Below are positions 22,293 to 34,786 of a stretch of 55,279 nucleotides of DNA, piece after piece. Position 1 is the stretch's first letter; the number at the start of each line of letters is the position of its first letter. Under the pieces are notes generated by a model. That model was given only the letters and a program-made list of their open reading frames with translations. It did not search any database and was not told where the DNA came from. The stretch comes from Octopus bimaculoides (Eukaryota): assembly GCF_001194135.2 (NCBI RefSeq), contig NC_068981.1:96228820-96284098 (forward strand), in the 5' to 3' direction. The translations under genes were made by a program, and so were the position numbers.

Positions 22293-23472
22293 ATATTTTA
22301 TATACCTGTTGTATACGTCGGTTTTGTTTAAAAGGTAAACAATTCTGATAGAAGCAATTACTTTGCTATCAATTCATTGGATTAATCCCAACAAAATACA
22401 AGTCACTGGCTCAGCACCTATGTTTGTGCTCTTCATTCCAAAATGATAAAAACTTTAACATACTTCCAAAATGTGACTTTATCCAGGTGTATCCGCGTGC
22501 GTATAGGTGCAGGTGTGGGGTGTGTGCAAGGAAAACGTTTACGGAAATGAACTTGGCGCAATGTTGCACTGCTGAATTTCTTTTCAATTGTGATAATAAA
22601 ACAAGGAATTTGTTTAGTCCTTACTGCCAAAATTAATTTACTTGCATTTTCTCTCTTTTTCAATATTCAATTAAAAGAGAGAATATGTTGTTACCAACAA
22701 TGTTAAAACTTTTAGTCACTTGATCAGTCTGTCATTGAACCAGGATTTTAATTTCATTTGATACACACTTTGCTATCTTTTATATGGAGAATTGCAATCA
22801 TGGCATTTCTATTTTAATAGAAATTTTATGAGTACATTTCCGTAGATGTTTTTCTCCCCCCCCCCCACACACACATAAATGCACGCAGATACACATGGAC
22901 AAAGTCTCGTTTTGGGAGTATTATTCTTTTACTTGTTTCAGTCATTTGACTGCGTCCATGCTGGAGCTCCGCCTTTAGTTGAAGAAATCGACTTTAGGAC
23001 CTTTGTAAGCCTAGTACTTATTCTATCGATCTCTTTTGCCAAACCACTAAATTATGGAGACATAAACACACCGGCATCAGTTGTCTAGCGATGGCGGGGT
23101 TGGGGACAAATACATATACACACACACGATGGATTTCTTTCAGTTTCTGTCTACCAAATCCAGGCTTTGGTCGGCCCAAGGCTATAAGTAGAAGTTGGAA
23201 GACACTTGCCCAAATTGCCACACAGTGGGACTGAACCCGGAACCATGTGGTTGGAAAGCAAGGTTTTTACCACACAGCCACTCCTATTATGTTAAAGCCT
23301 ATTATATTAAAATTTTTATTTTGGAATGAAGAACACAAACGTAGGTGCTGAGCCAGTGACTAAACTTGTATCTTGGGATTAATCTAATGAATTGACAGCA
23401 AGGTAATTGCTTCTATCAGAATTGTTTACTTTTGAAAACAAAACCGACGTACACGACGAGTATGAAAAATAT
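22293..23472. mobile_element. Non-autonomous foldback/MITE-like element with ~170-bp inverted arms
   Basis: 22293-22462 is a close reverse complement of 23288-23472 (for example AAACAATTCTGATAGAAGCAATTAC and AGTCACTGGCTCAGCACCTA). Confidence 0.8.
22923..23286 (-). mobile_element. SINE family A, full length, inside the foldback element
   Basis: Reverse complement of the 36344-36720 type (A/B boxes, core, GACTGAAACAAGTAAAAGA tail). Confidence 0.85.
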
Positions 23473-23714
23473 GCCGATCTTTCACTTTGGATCACCACAC
23501 AAAAATTCATCTAAACTATTGCTTTATCCTGAAGGATGGAGGTACAGACGGTGATTGCAGCCAAAGTTTTAAAAAAAGAAAGCTATCGTGGACAGATGAG
23601 TGGGATTCAATAGCACTGAAAATAAAATTTTTTAAATGATTATTGCAATATAAACAAAATTTAAAATTTATACACTTTTAACACACATGAAACATGATAA
23701 TGAAATATAAGTGG

Positions 23715-23748
<34 letters not shown>

Positions 23749-24150
23749 TCCGATTTCACTGAAATAGATAATTCTGGAACACCCTGTATAAATAAAAACC
23801 TAGATCAATATTTCTCAAATGGAGTGAAGGTGGGCTGTGATGATTAAAAAATGAGCAGACATTGTCAACATGACTGCAAATAAGGAATTACATGGATGCA
23901 AATTATTTTGTCCTCTCATTAATAAAGAGGAAGGGGGTTAATATTTTTTGGCGGAGGGGTTGCTGTTATCTGTCATTTGAGAACCACTGGGCTTTGTTTA
24001 CTCAGATGCTGCAGATTCATTACATAGCCAACCTCTATAATACTGAAGTCATTACTATAATGAATGATCTAATTAAATACGATACTTTTGTAAAAATTAG
24101 AACTAGAAGTGCCTCAGCTGTCAAAAGTTACTAAGTTAAAAAGCCTTTTT

Positions 24151-24310
24151 GTGGCCAAAAGTTTAGAACATATGTCTGAAAACTAGAATTTTTATTTTAA
24201 ATGCCCAAAGTTAAATTAAATTTGCAATATACTATTACTACTTACAGTAATATGGTTGATATAACAGTTTTAATTTTTTTTTAAATGTTCCAAATTTTTG
24301 GCCACGACTG
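24151..24310. mobile_element. Tc1-derived MITE
   Basis: GTGGCCAAAAGTTTAGAACA at 24151 versus TGTTCCAAATTTTTGGCCACGACTG-TA at 24286-24312. Confidence 0.7.
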
Positions 24311-24399
24311 TATATCTTATTGTACATGGCAGCATTTTGTAGGTTTTGTAAGGCACTTGAAATTAGGGTGATAATAATGTTAACAGTGGTGGTTATTTC

Positions 24400-24720
24400 A
24401 AATTTTTGACACAAGGCCTGCAATTTTAGTGGGTGGTGTTAGTTGATTACATCAGCCCAATACTTTACTGGTAATTCATTTTATAGACTCCGAAATAATA
24501 AAAGACAAAGCTGATTTCAGCAGTATTAGAACCCACAACAATAGCCAGAAGAAATGCCACAAAGCAATTTGTCAACACGCTAATGATTCAGCCAGCTCGC
24601 TGCCTTGACAGTGATGCCTTAGTGCTTGACTGGTACTTATCTCATTGACCTAGAAAGGATTAAAGGCAAGGCTGAACTCAGAAAGTAAAGACAGCTGATA
24701 GTGATAATTAATAATGCTTT
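24400..24720 (-). mobile_element. Decayed Nin-domain-like SINE(s); another copy at ~48395-48620
   Basis: GTTGATTACATC...CCCAG/ATAC...CTGGTACTTAT...GAAAGGATTAAAGGCAA blocks resemble the reverse complement of the Nin central domain as recalled. Confidence 0.5.
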
Positions 24721-25469
24721 AAGATTAGAAGATTGAGGAATCTAAGGTTTTGCAAGAATGGAATGTTGGTGTTACCAGTTCATGAAAAGACAGGTCATCA
24801 ATGAGTACAAATAAAATATCCATTGGATAGATAATGCAAGTACATTGAAGATAAAAAGTAAGAACATAATGCAGTGCTCTTTTGTGTCCAGGGCTTTATG
24901 AAAGTGAAAGTACCCACCATGCCAAAAATAGTTTTCCAGATTAACAATTGGAAACGCTTTCCTTAAAAATGATACTGTTCGGGAACAAAAGTAAAACATT
25001 GACAATAGAATGCATTCAGCTAGATGCTACAAAAGTTTTGAATTAAAATCTTCCACCAAACCTCAGTCACAATTTATGTTCCTAATAATAACTAAGTTAT
25101 TTTACTAAATTCTTTGTTATATTTAAAGTAATTGAAAGAAACACAGTGTCTCAAAATAAACACAGTAATGAAAGGGTTTGCTTTCCAAATGTAATGAACA
25201 TTAACAGGAGAGAGAGCAATTAATTTTCTGCAAAATTAGAGACTTCTTGCAATCATGAAAACAAAAAGCAATTTCAGGTTTGTCACGGTGGGGAAACCAC
25301 TTCTGACAAAATAACTACTTTCACTTTCGCCTAAAATACCTTCTGCTACTAACAACACGATTTTGTTTTCATGTTTTACGAAGAGGAGTATTTGTACAGT
25401 ATATTTCCACTGTTCCTACTTTATATTTCTTTAAGCAAAATATTTTCTGCTTTAGCTATGCTACAAATG

Positions 25470-25530
<61 letters not shown>

Positions 25531-26469
25531 TATTGTATTGTATTCATGCAATATTTTTACTTCATGTATGATTTCCTGACATACCATTATTTTCATCAAC
25601 TAGTAGCTTGTTATAAAATATTTTTGGCAGATCTAGTGCACAGTCACCCTCCCCCGAAACCAACCTTTCCATTTTTTTCTTTTCACCAGATTCCTAGGTT
25701 TTTGATGACAGATTCCGAATATGCAAAAAAAACACATTTTCAAAGTTTTTAATCCCCACCATCCAAATTTTTAATTTTTAACTTTTTTTTTCGAAATTTT
25801 TTTTTTTTCAATCTGCGTGGAAAAATATGGGGGAGGGGAGATTTTAATTTCAAATTTTTTATGAAAATCTCCAAAATTGATCCACATCCCCCTCGCCACC
25901 CCACTGAAAAGAGCAGCTGTTTTGTCTGTTTCCGCATGTGTACATTTATAGCAAAACAGCAAAAGATCACAGCATGTGAAGCCCTTACCACGAAACTTGA
26001 TATGCTAAAAATAACAGCTATATGCTTCTAAATGAGTTTGGTAGTGCTAAGGATATTTTTGAAATTTACAGAGATACAGACAGAGCACGTGCTGAAAATT
26101 TTCAATAAAGTTTTGACTTAAAATTTATAAATTTATCTATTTTGGTATCATAATGAAGTAATAAACAAAATTCTGTCAGTTTTTTTTAATTTACCCGATT
26201 TTTCATTGAAATGGATAGTTAATTCTTGGACCCTGTGTGTGTGTGTGTGTATATAACTGACAACCCCAGTATCACCTCCACAGATAATGAACAAACCATT
26301 ATCATAGACACAGATAGTGACCAGGCCTGCAACACACATTACTACTAGTACAATTGCCACATCTAGAGATGATGATCAATCCAGTACCAGCAACATGGAG
26401 AAAGATATCCAGCATTCCCAGTACCACCACCACAGATGATGACCAAATAATTTTCTTCGACACCGATGA

Positions 26470-26757
26470 GATAACTGGCCCTGCACCATTGTTACCAGGG
26501 GTGCAAATAGAGCCACATCCTATGTTTGTAAATATATTGGATCTGCCAGTACTTCTTTCAAACAACATTTTCTTAACCACCAGTCATCCTTCAGAGTCCT
26601 AGAAAGATGGTTTGTCACATCCCTGGCCCGCCATATTTGGAACCTCAAAGATCAAGGGACACCATGTGATATCAGGTGGAAAATAATTGATCATCCAGGC
26701 CCATATATTAATGAAAGTGGCCATTCGAAAATCTACATCGCAGAGAGAGCCATTTAA
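26470..26757 (+). mobile_element. GIY-YIG endonuclease fragment of a second Penelope-like lineage (ATG-less, not in ORF track)
   Basis: 95 open codons: KYIGSASTSFKQHFLNHQSSFR...TSLARHIWNLKDQGTPCDIRWKII, matching the YIG-x-T-x-FK-x-R-x-NH-x-SF...LS-x-HIW-x-LK...WKII pattern of PLE endonucleases. Confidence 0.6.
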
Positions 26758-26769
26758 CAACAGTATACA

Positions 26770-29700
26770 CTTTTGATAAAACAGTTGCTCCCATAGAGAC
26801 TCATATGGAAGGTGATGGTCAGCTTGAGGAAGTAGGAGGTGGATACACCTTTTTTTGGAAGGGAAGGCAGAAGGAGGAGCGCAGAGAGGCTGGTGTTGGC
26901 TTTGCAGTTCGATCTGATATCCTTAAGAAGTTGGAAGACCTCCCTGTTCCTATAAATGAACGTCTAATGCTCTACAGTTGCATTTGAAAGGTAGATGGTC
27001 TTCTACTCTAATAAGTGCCTATGCACCTACTTTGACTAGCTATGATGAAGATAAAACAATCTTTTATACCCAGCTGAGAGACATAATTAGGAAAAATCCC
27101 CAATTCCGATAGTCATTCTACTGGGGGATTTTAATGTCAGGGTTCAAACAGACTGGCAAACATTGAACTCTCTAGGACATTTTGGAGTAGGGAAAATGAA
27201 TAGCAATGGTCTCATGCTACTGTAACTTTGCAAAGAACATGGACTTTACATTGTAAGCACTCATTTTATGCACAAAGGTGATCACACAACAACATGGATG
27301 CATCCAAGGTCTAAAGTTTGGCACTTGCTGGACTATGTCATCATCCACAAGCGTGACATCTATGACATTTGTAATAAGTCCTTTCATGGATCGGAATGCT
27401 GGGCACCACAGTCTGGTGCGAGCAAAGTTCTGGATGATGACTAGAGTGAAAGAGAGAAGAGGACCAGTCAGCATTCTTCGGCGTCTAACTGTCCACAAGA
27501 TATATGATGTTGTGCTGAGGAAAGAGCTTCAGACTCGCTTGTCCAGCATTGAAAATACTGCAGCATGAGAAGATTTTCAAGACCAGGTTCTTCAATGTGC
27601 TGCTGAAACACTGGCATAGGTTACTGCCAGACACAGAGACTGGTTTGATGAAAATGATGCTGAAGTTCAGCGACTATTGGTGGTAAAGTGCCATGCTCAC
27701 AATGTATTGCTACACAGAGAACAGTCTACTGTGCAGCGAAGTCTAGCACTTGCCCACTATAGCAGTGTAAAATCACTACTGCAGCGATCTCTCAGGAAGA
27801 TGCAGAACACTTGGTGGTAGGATCTTGCACGTGATGTTCAGGCTGCTGTTGATGCAAGCAAGAAGCTTTACCATCTTATGAAGCAAGCTTATGGACCTAA
27901 GAGCTCCACATCAGCTCCTTTGCTTTCCAAGGAGTCTTCCACTCTGTTTACTAAATCAACAGAAATCACAGGTCACTGGATCGAACACTTCTGTGAACTC
28001 CTAAACCATGAGTCAGTGATTGATACTATGCAACAAAGACCTATCATTGGCTCCTTAAACTCCTTGCCCTCAAGAGATGAAGTTATGACATCAATAAGTA
28101 AATTGAATCTTGGTAGGGCACCTGGAAAGGATGGAATTTGTGCTGAGGTCTTGCAATTTGGTGGTAATTACATCACACAGTCCCTTCATTAACTTATTAG
28201 TGCAGTCTGGAGGGATGATGCAATCCCTAAGGACTGGAAGGATGCAATTATTCTTCCTCTATATAAAGGAAAAGGAGCCAGAACAATGTGTGGTAACTAC
28301 AGAGGTATTGCTCTACTATCAGCTGCTGGCAAGGTTCTGGCAAATATTCTTCTTACCCGTCTGAATGGGTGTCTTGTAAATGATGTCCTATCTGAATCTC
28401 AATGTGGCTTCCGATCTGGTAGAGGGACAATGGNNNNNNNNNNNNNNNNNNNNNNNNNNNNNNNNNNNNNNNNNNNNNNNNNNNNNNNNNNNNNNNNNNN
28501 NNNNNNNNNNNNNNNNNNNNNNNNNNNNNNNNNNNNNNNNNNNNNNNNNNNNNNNNNNNNNNNNNNNNNNNNNNNNNNNNNNNNNNNNNNNNNNNNNNNN
28601 NTGATACTGTAAATAAGGCCTTTCTATGGAAAATACTTGACAAACTTGGATGTCCGGATCACTTTGTATCTATAATTAAATCATTTCATGATGGGATGGA
28701 GGCTTGGGTCAATGCTGGTGGTGGCATGGCAGGACCCATTCCTGTAGAGAATGGTGTCAAGCAGGGTGACATCCTTGCCCCAACTCTCTTTTCTTTGTAC
28801 TTTGCTGCTGCTTTTACTCATGCTTTTGCTAAGGTTAGCTCTCTGGGAATGTATGTCAGATATCAATCTTCTGGCCGCCTCTTTAATCTTCGCCGATTTG
28901 TTGCCAATTCAAAGGTTCTCCAGTCTATTATTCGTGACCTCCTTTATGCAGATGACTGTAACTTAGTCACTCATACCGTGGATGACGTGCAAATACTCAT
29001 GAATTGTATTTCTGCTTCTTGCAAAGCACTTGGACTCAGCATTAGCCTGGACAAGACTGTTGTAATGTTCCAGCCTGCACCAAGAAATCCATATGTGAAA
29101 CCAGCTATCTTGGTTGAAGGAACAATTCTTAAGGTAGACAAGTTTGTCTACCTGGGCAGCACACTCAGCCGTTCTTACTCCCTGGATGAGGAAATCTCTT
29201 TCAGGTTGCAGAGAGCAACTAATTCCTTCCGGTCTCTTCAGTCTCGTGTCTGGTCCCAGCATGGCATCGCAAGGCAAACAAAAGTTGCTGTGTACCGTGC
29301 ATGTGTACTGACATCACTCCTCTACTCATGTGAGACATGGACTTTGTACAAACATCAGGTTAGGGTCCTTGAACGCTTTCATCAGAGATGTCTCAGACAT
29401 ATTCTCAATGTTGGTTGGACCTCAAAAATTCCAGACACACTGGTCCTGAGGACAGCTGATATCTTGAGTATTGAGGCGGTGGTGCACAAGCACCGGTTAC
29501 GCTGGACTGGACACCTTATTAGAATGAAGGATAGCAGGATTCCTAAGCAGATGCTATATGGAGAACTTGTGAATGGAAAGAGACTCCAGCAGAAACCAAG
29601 GCTGCGATTTAAGTCCTCATTAAAGGCCTGCGATATGCAGGACACTGACTGGGAGAACAATGCCTGTCATCGCCACGGATGAAGGAGGCAGGTTAAGGAG

Positions 29701-29950
29701 GGGATCGACACTTTTGAGAGAGCACGTATCCAGCATGAAGAACTTAAGCGAGCTGTGCGAAAGTGCACGGCTCGTATAGTGAATGGGGAAAGCTTGGTCT
29801 GCAATGTTTGCAGTTGCGTATACTTGTCAAGAGCAGGGCTCATTAGCTACCAATGGAGCCACAAATGCGAAATATAAGTTAGTCCTAGAGCGGACAATGT
29901 TCCTGAAGGTCGGCAATGGTCTTCCTCGTTCACGAGTGTACGGCCATCAT
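26770..29950 (+). mobile_element. RTE (BovB-like) LINE, near full-length ORF, decayed (APE endonuclease, RT, C-terminal Zn finger)
   Basis: GGGYTFFWKG, GVGFAV, AYAPT, GDFN, WMHPRSKVWHLLDYVI (EN); NYRGIALLS, ESQCGFR, GVKQGDILAPTLF, LLYADD, RLRWTGH, QMLYGEL (RT); CNVC finger. Confidence 0.92.
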
Positions 29951-30254
29951 GTATATGTATATGTATATATGTATGTGTATATGTATATATATATATGTGT
30001 ATATATATATATANNNNNNNNNNNNNNNNNNNNNNNNNNNNNNNNNNNNNNNNNNNNNNNNNNNNNNNNNNNNNNNNNNNNNNNNNNNNNNNNNNNNNNN
30101 NNNNNNNNNNNNNTTGTATATATATATGTGTGTGTGTGTATGTATGTATATATATATATATATCTTGGTGGTGGTGCTGGTTTAATTGCTGGTTCCTTGA
30201 CTGTGCAACAGGTTGTACTGCTAATATATATGCCCCCCCACTCAGCAGGGACAC

Positions 30255-31460
30255 GGTATAAAGACAGAGAAATCCCCAGGCCCCTCAGGAGTTACTGCTG
30301 AGATGCTTAAAATATTTGGTGGTGTGGGTTAAGTTCTAATCACCCGGATTGTAAATCAAGTAGTTCACGAAGGAGTCATACCTAATGACTGATGTAGCAG
30401 CCTCATAATCAACTGCTACAATGGTAAAGGGGATGCTTTAGATAGAAATAACTACAGGGGTATGAAATTGCTGGATCAGGTGATGAAGTTCACAGATAGG
30501 GTCGTATCCCAACTAATTAGGGAGGGAGTGAGCCTAGATGAGATGCAGTATGGTTTTGTTCCAGGTGGAAGTACCACTGATGCTATATTTCTGGTATGGC
30601 AATTTCAGGAGAGATACCTAGCCAAAAGTAAACCTCTGTACTTGGCTTTTGTTGACTTGGAGAAAGCCTTTGGCAGGCTACCTTGATCCCTTATCTGGTG
30701 GGCAATGCAGAAACTAGGGATAGATGACTGGTTGGTCAGAGCTGTACAGGGATGCTGTCAGTAAGGTGAGTGTTGGCAACAATTATAGTGAAGAATTCCG
30801 GGAAGAAGTACGGGTTCATCAAGGATCAGTCCTCCAGACAATAACAGAGGAATTCAAGAGAGGCTGCCCCTGGGAACTCCTCTATGATGACCTTGCTCTA
30901 ATAGCTGAATCACTACCAGAACTAGATAGAAATTTTCAAGTGTGGAAGCAAGGTTTAGAATCAAAGGGCCTTCGAATGAATCTAGCAAAAATCAAAGTCC
31001 TAGGAAGTAGGAAGTTGGACAAATTACAAACCCCTTAAGGTAGAAGGCCCTGCTTGATCTGTAGAAAAGGCACTGGTAGAAACTCCATAAGATGTACCCA
31101 GTGTAAGCATGGGTAGATGCCAGTGCCACCTGACTGGCTCCCGGTGCCGGTGACACATAAAAAGCACAATCCGAGCATAGCCGATGCCAGTATCTCCCCG
31201 CCCCCATCCTGACTGGCACCTGTGCCAGTGGCACATAAGAAGCACCATCTGAATGAGGTCAGTGCCTGTGGCATGTGAAAAGCACCCACTACATTCTCGG
31301 AGTGATTGGCATTAGGAAGGGCATCCAGCTGTAGAAACCTTGCCAGATCAGATTAGAGCTTGGTGCAGCCTACTGGCTTGCCAGTCCTCAGTCAAACTGT
31401 CCAACCCATGCCAGCATAGAAAACGGAAGCTAAACAATGATGATGATAATGATAGTATGT
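30255..31460 (+). mobile_element. RTE family-A LINE fragment, internally deleted
   Basis: FVDLEKAF, LLYDD and PCLICRK...CTQCK, jumping directly into the 3'UTR repeats and GAT tail; collinear with the reverse complement of 13921-16200. Confidence 0.88.
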
Positions 31461-31763
31461 ATATACAAGTGGGAATTCTACAAAATGGAAAAAATTAAGC
31501 GCACTTATTTAAGAAAGAAAGGATCATTTGCATTTTTTATAGCATTCATAGCTTAGCTTCCTTTAAATATTCTTGACATTTGTCTACATTCATCTCCTCA
31601 CGTCTCCATTTGTGTTGTAAGCAAGCAGACGATAAATAATTGCACTTATGTGCATGCTTTAAGTGATGGTTACTATAAAAAATATTAGTTCAATAAAAAA
31701 AAAATACTTTTCACTATTGACACACCCCCACAACCACTATCTGCCTCTCTTTTCCTCGTTCTC

Positions 31764-31802
<39 letters not shown>

Positions 31803-33133
31803 ACAACTGCCTCCTCTGTCCATCTTTCTATCTACTTTTTTAACCATGTTATAAATATACCTTCTCTCTTCTTTTTCTCGTTCTTCACCTCTACCTTCAG
31901 TTCACCATGTTGCTTTTTGGCCTAAGTGTATATTAATATTAATCACCTTTCTCTACTTCTTCCTCTGTTCTTTCTTCACTCACTACTACTCCACTTCTCT
32001 AACTAACTAATGTATAATGGGCAACTGAACAAGCAGATTGTTATATGGATGTCTATGTAGTCATGCTGTAAAATGTTTAGAACTTCATCATTGTTTTGTT
32101 TTTTTTTAAACAGTGTTACAAATCTATACTATTTTGCTTTGTTAGAACTTAAACCAAGAATTGTTTAATTTTGAAATTTTGATCAGTCACCTTTTTCTAC
32201 TGTTGTTTTGTACCAGATAAGCCATGATCAATTAGACCTACCACTGTAGACAATCTATTGTATCTAGTTATTAAAAAAAGTTATCTCAGACTAAATTATT
32301 TAGTGTGTAAAAGAATTATGAAAATTTCATCCTATCCACTAAATAAAAAAATTGTCAAATGCTTATAAGCTTGGTGATTTTTGTTAATTCTTTTTTTTTT
32401 TTTGCTTTTTGTAAGTCTTTTTCTATTTTAAAGTCTGTTGTATTGGCAGAGTTGCACTTAAAATTTCAATGTTTTTAACCGAAACTTGTTAGTTACTGAG
32501 GTGACAACACTACCTATTTATCTATTTTTCACACACTTTTTCTCCCTCACTTTATTTCTCAACAACTTTTCTCTCCCCACTCTTCTTTCTATCTACACAG
32601 ATGTTATCTTTAAATTTCAATGATATTGCTAACATAACTGCCGGTTCAATTCCATTGTACACCATTTTTGACAAGTGTCTTCTACAGCCCTAAGCCAACC
32701 AGTGCTTTATGAGTAAAATTGGCACAAAAGCTGTCTAGAAGCCTGTTGTGTGTGTATATGTCTCTGTAGTCACAAGTAGCTTGACCAAGTGAAGTATCAA
32801 AGGTGTAATAGCTGAAGAGAGAAAGAGCTGCACCAGAGCTAAGTTGGTACTCATTTATAACTGAATGGATTGGAATAAAATAAAATGAAATGACTTGTTC
32901 AGTCAAAGAATTGAACTTATGACCTTTATGAGTGTGAGCCCAACACCCTTCCCTCTGTCATGTGCCTTTTTATGTATAGGTGTATATGTCTTTGGTATCA
33001 AGTGGTGAGAGAGAAACATGATGTCCATTTGTTGCCAAATCTGTAACTTAGCAGTTCAGCAGAAAGAAACCACTAGAATAAGTACCTGACTTAAAAGTAA
33101 TTACTGGGGGTTTTTTTGACCTGGCTATTTATG

Positions 33134-33345
33134 TAACCCATTAGCATTTAAACTGACCGTATCTAGCCCAACTATTCTACTTCTTTTGTGTTCAAACTGG
33201 CCAGATCTGACTTCACACACATACCCTACAATGTCATTCTAAAATTAAACAATCACCTCATCGAAATCTCAAAGCTTCAAGATAGTGCATAATTATTTCA
33301 AAACAATGTAGATAAATAAGCATTACATTTGATGGAGTAAAAGTT
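33134..33345. mobile_element. Second copy of the piggyBac-like MITE
   Basis: AACCCATTAGCATTTAAACTG...CCAGATCT...AATGTCATTCTAAAA...TATTTCAAAACAA...AATAAGCATTAYATTTGA collinear with 13325-13435 plus 16975-17060. Confidence 0.6.
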
Positions 33346-33924
33346 TCTAGAAAAATGCTTTTGTTTCATAATGAAAATATTATTTTATCACATTTGTTTT
33401 ATACTTTTTATGTTTATAATTGTATTCTCCATACAAATATTCAATAAACCTTTTGAATTCAAAGAGTCTATGATTTTCTTCCTTTCAAATCAAGGGGGTA
33501 ATGTTGGCATAAATAAATATATTTTGGGGTAATTGGTTGAAAATGTTCACTAATTAAATTTCATTATCTTGAACAGTTAGACTCAAACTCACTTATGAGG
33601 GTTGAATACCCTATGATAGTTAAAATATAGCAGGACAAGCATTTGTATTATTGAACTACAAATAACATTTCTGGTGAAACATTTGCAATGAAACTGCAGA
33701 TGTTGATCTAGAAAAGATATTAATTGAAATAAAATGATTCAGTAATCTAGTGGCTAAATGAAATGTTTATCAACACTTTTAGAGACAAGTTCAACTAGTA
33801 ATGATCTACAAGTAACAATGTTACATTGGGTAATTTTGCTAGTATATGAATGAACCTATGAATGATAACAAATGGTCTGGACTTCATCCCCCTCCTTCCT
33901 CCCTCTCTCTCTCATCCTACATCA

Positions 33925-34105
33925 TCATCATCATCATCATCGTTTAACGTCCGCTTTCCATGCTAGCATGGGTTGGACGATTTGACTGAGGACTGGTGAA
34001 ACCGGATGGCAACACCAGGCTCCAGTCTAATTTGGCAGAGTTTCTACAGCTGGATGCCCTTCCTAACGCCAACCACTCAGAGAGTGTAGTGGGTGCTTTT
34101 ACGTG
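33925..34105 (-). mobile_element. RTE family-A 3' terminal fragment (young-looking); others at 35641-35697(-), 35700-36335(+), 37160-37600(-), 46320-46800(-), 48890-49090(+)
   Basis: (CAT)n-CGTTTAACGTCCGCTTTCCATGCTAGCATGGGTTGGACG...GGATGCCCTTCC signature. Confidence 0.85.
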
Positions 34106-34629
34106 TCAGACAAATCTCCAGTGATGCTCAGTAATCTATTAAGCTTGTAAAGTGCATGTATTGCCAAGTCAATATAGTACCAGGTAATGAACCAAGAGGT
34201 AGGCAGATCATATTGTTACCAGTTATGATGTGTCTGTATCTAAGATGAAACATTTACCTTGTTCTGTAAGTAGTGATAGTATTGTACAACTAGCAAATGT
34301 GTGTAGTACTGAGCTGCAAAGTAGTAATGCTGTAAATCTAAAAACTTGAGAAATTTCTGAGGTAGTCTGACTAACCAATTGTCAGTTGAAAATAGCCTAA
34401 TAACATCTTGATTCTGTACTCCTTAGGATTGTTTGGAAGTTTGAGGAGAAGATCCTCATGTTTGAAAACTTTAGTCAGTAGCTTTGTAATTTTCTTTTTT
34501 TATATTTGCAGATTGACTCCTTTTATTTATTAAAGTTCATCCAAATTAATATTTGTTGCTTGGATTCAGTTTAAAATCTCATTTGCTTTGAATGCCATGA
34601 CTAAATATTTGCATTTTCATTTTTTCCAG

Positions 34630-34786
34630 GTGTCCAGAGAAAGCCCAAATTCGCTGCAAAATGATGTATAGTTCAACTCGCAGTGCCATAAAAAAAGCTT
34701 TCAGTGGTATTCAAGTTGAAATCCAAGCATGTGACTTAGATGATCTAAGCTTCAATGAGGTACAACAAAAGGTGGATAAGGCCTGA
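34630..34786 (+). CDS. CFL: ADF/cofilin coding exon 2 (terminal); missing from the ORF track
   Basis: (W)CPEKAQIRCKMMYSSTRSAIKKAFSGIQVEIQACDLDDLSFNEVQQKVDKA*; matches the ADF-H actin-binding helix WxPxxAxxxxKMxYxSS. Confidence 0.93.

Larger units (their letters stand above)
19379..34629 (+). other. 15,251-nt GT-AG phase-2 intron of cofilin, filled with TEs
   Basis: GTAAGT at 19379; TTTTTTTCCAG| at 34629; joining restores the W codon and an open 450-nt CDS. Confidence 0.9.
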
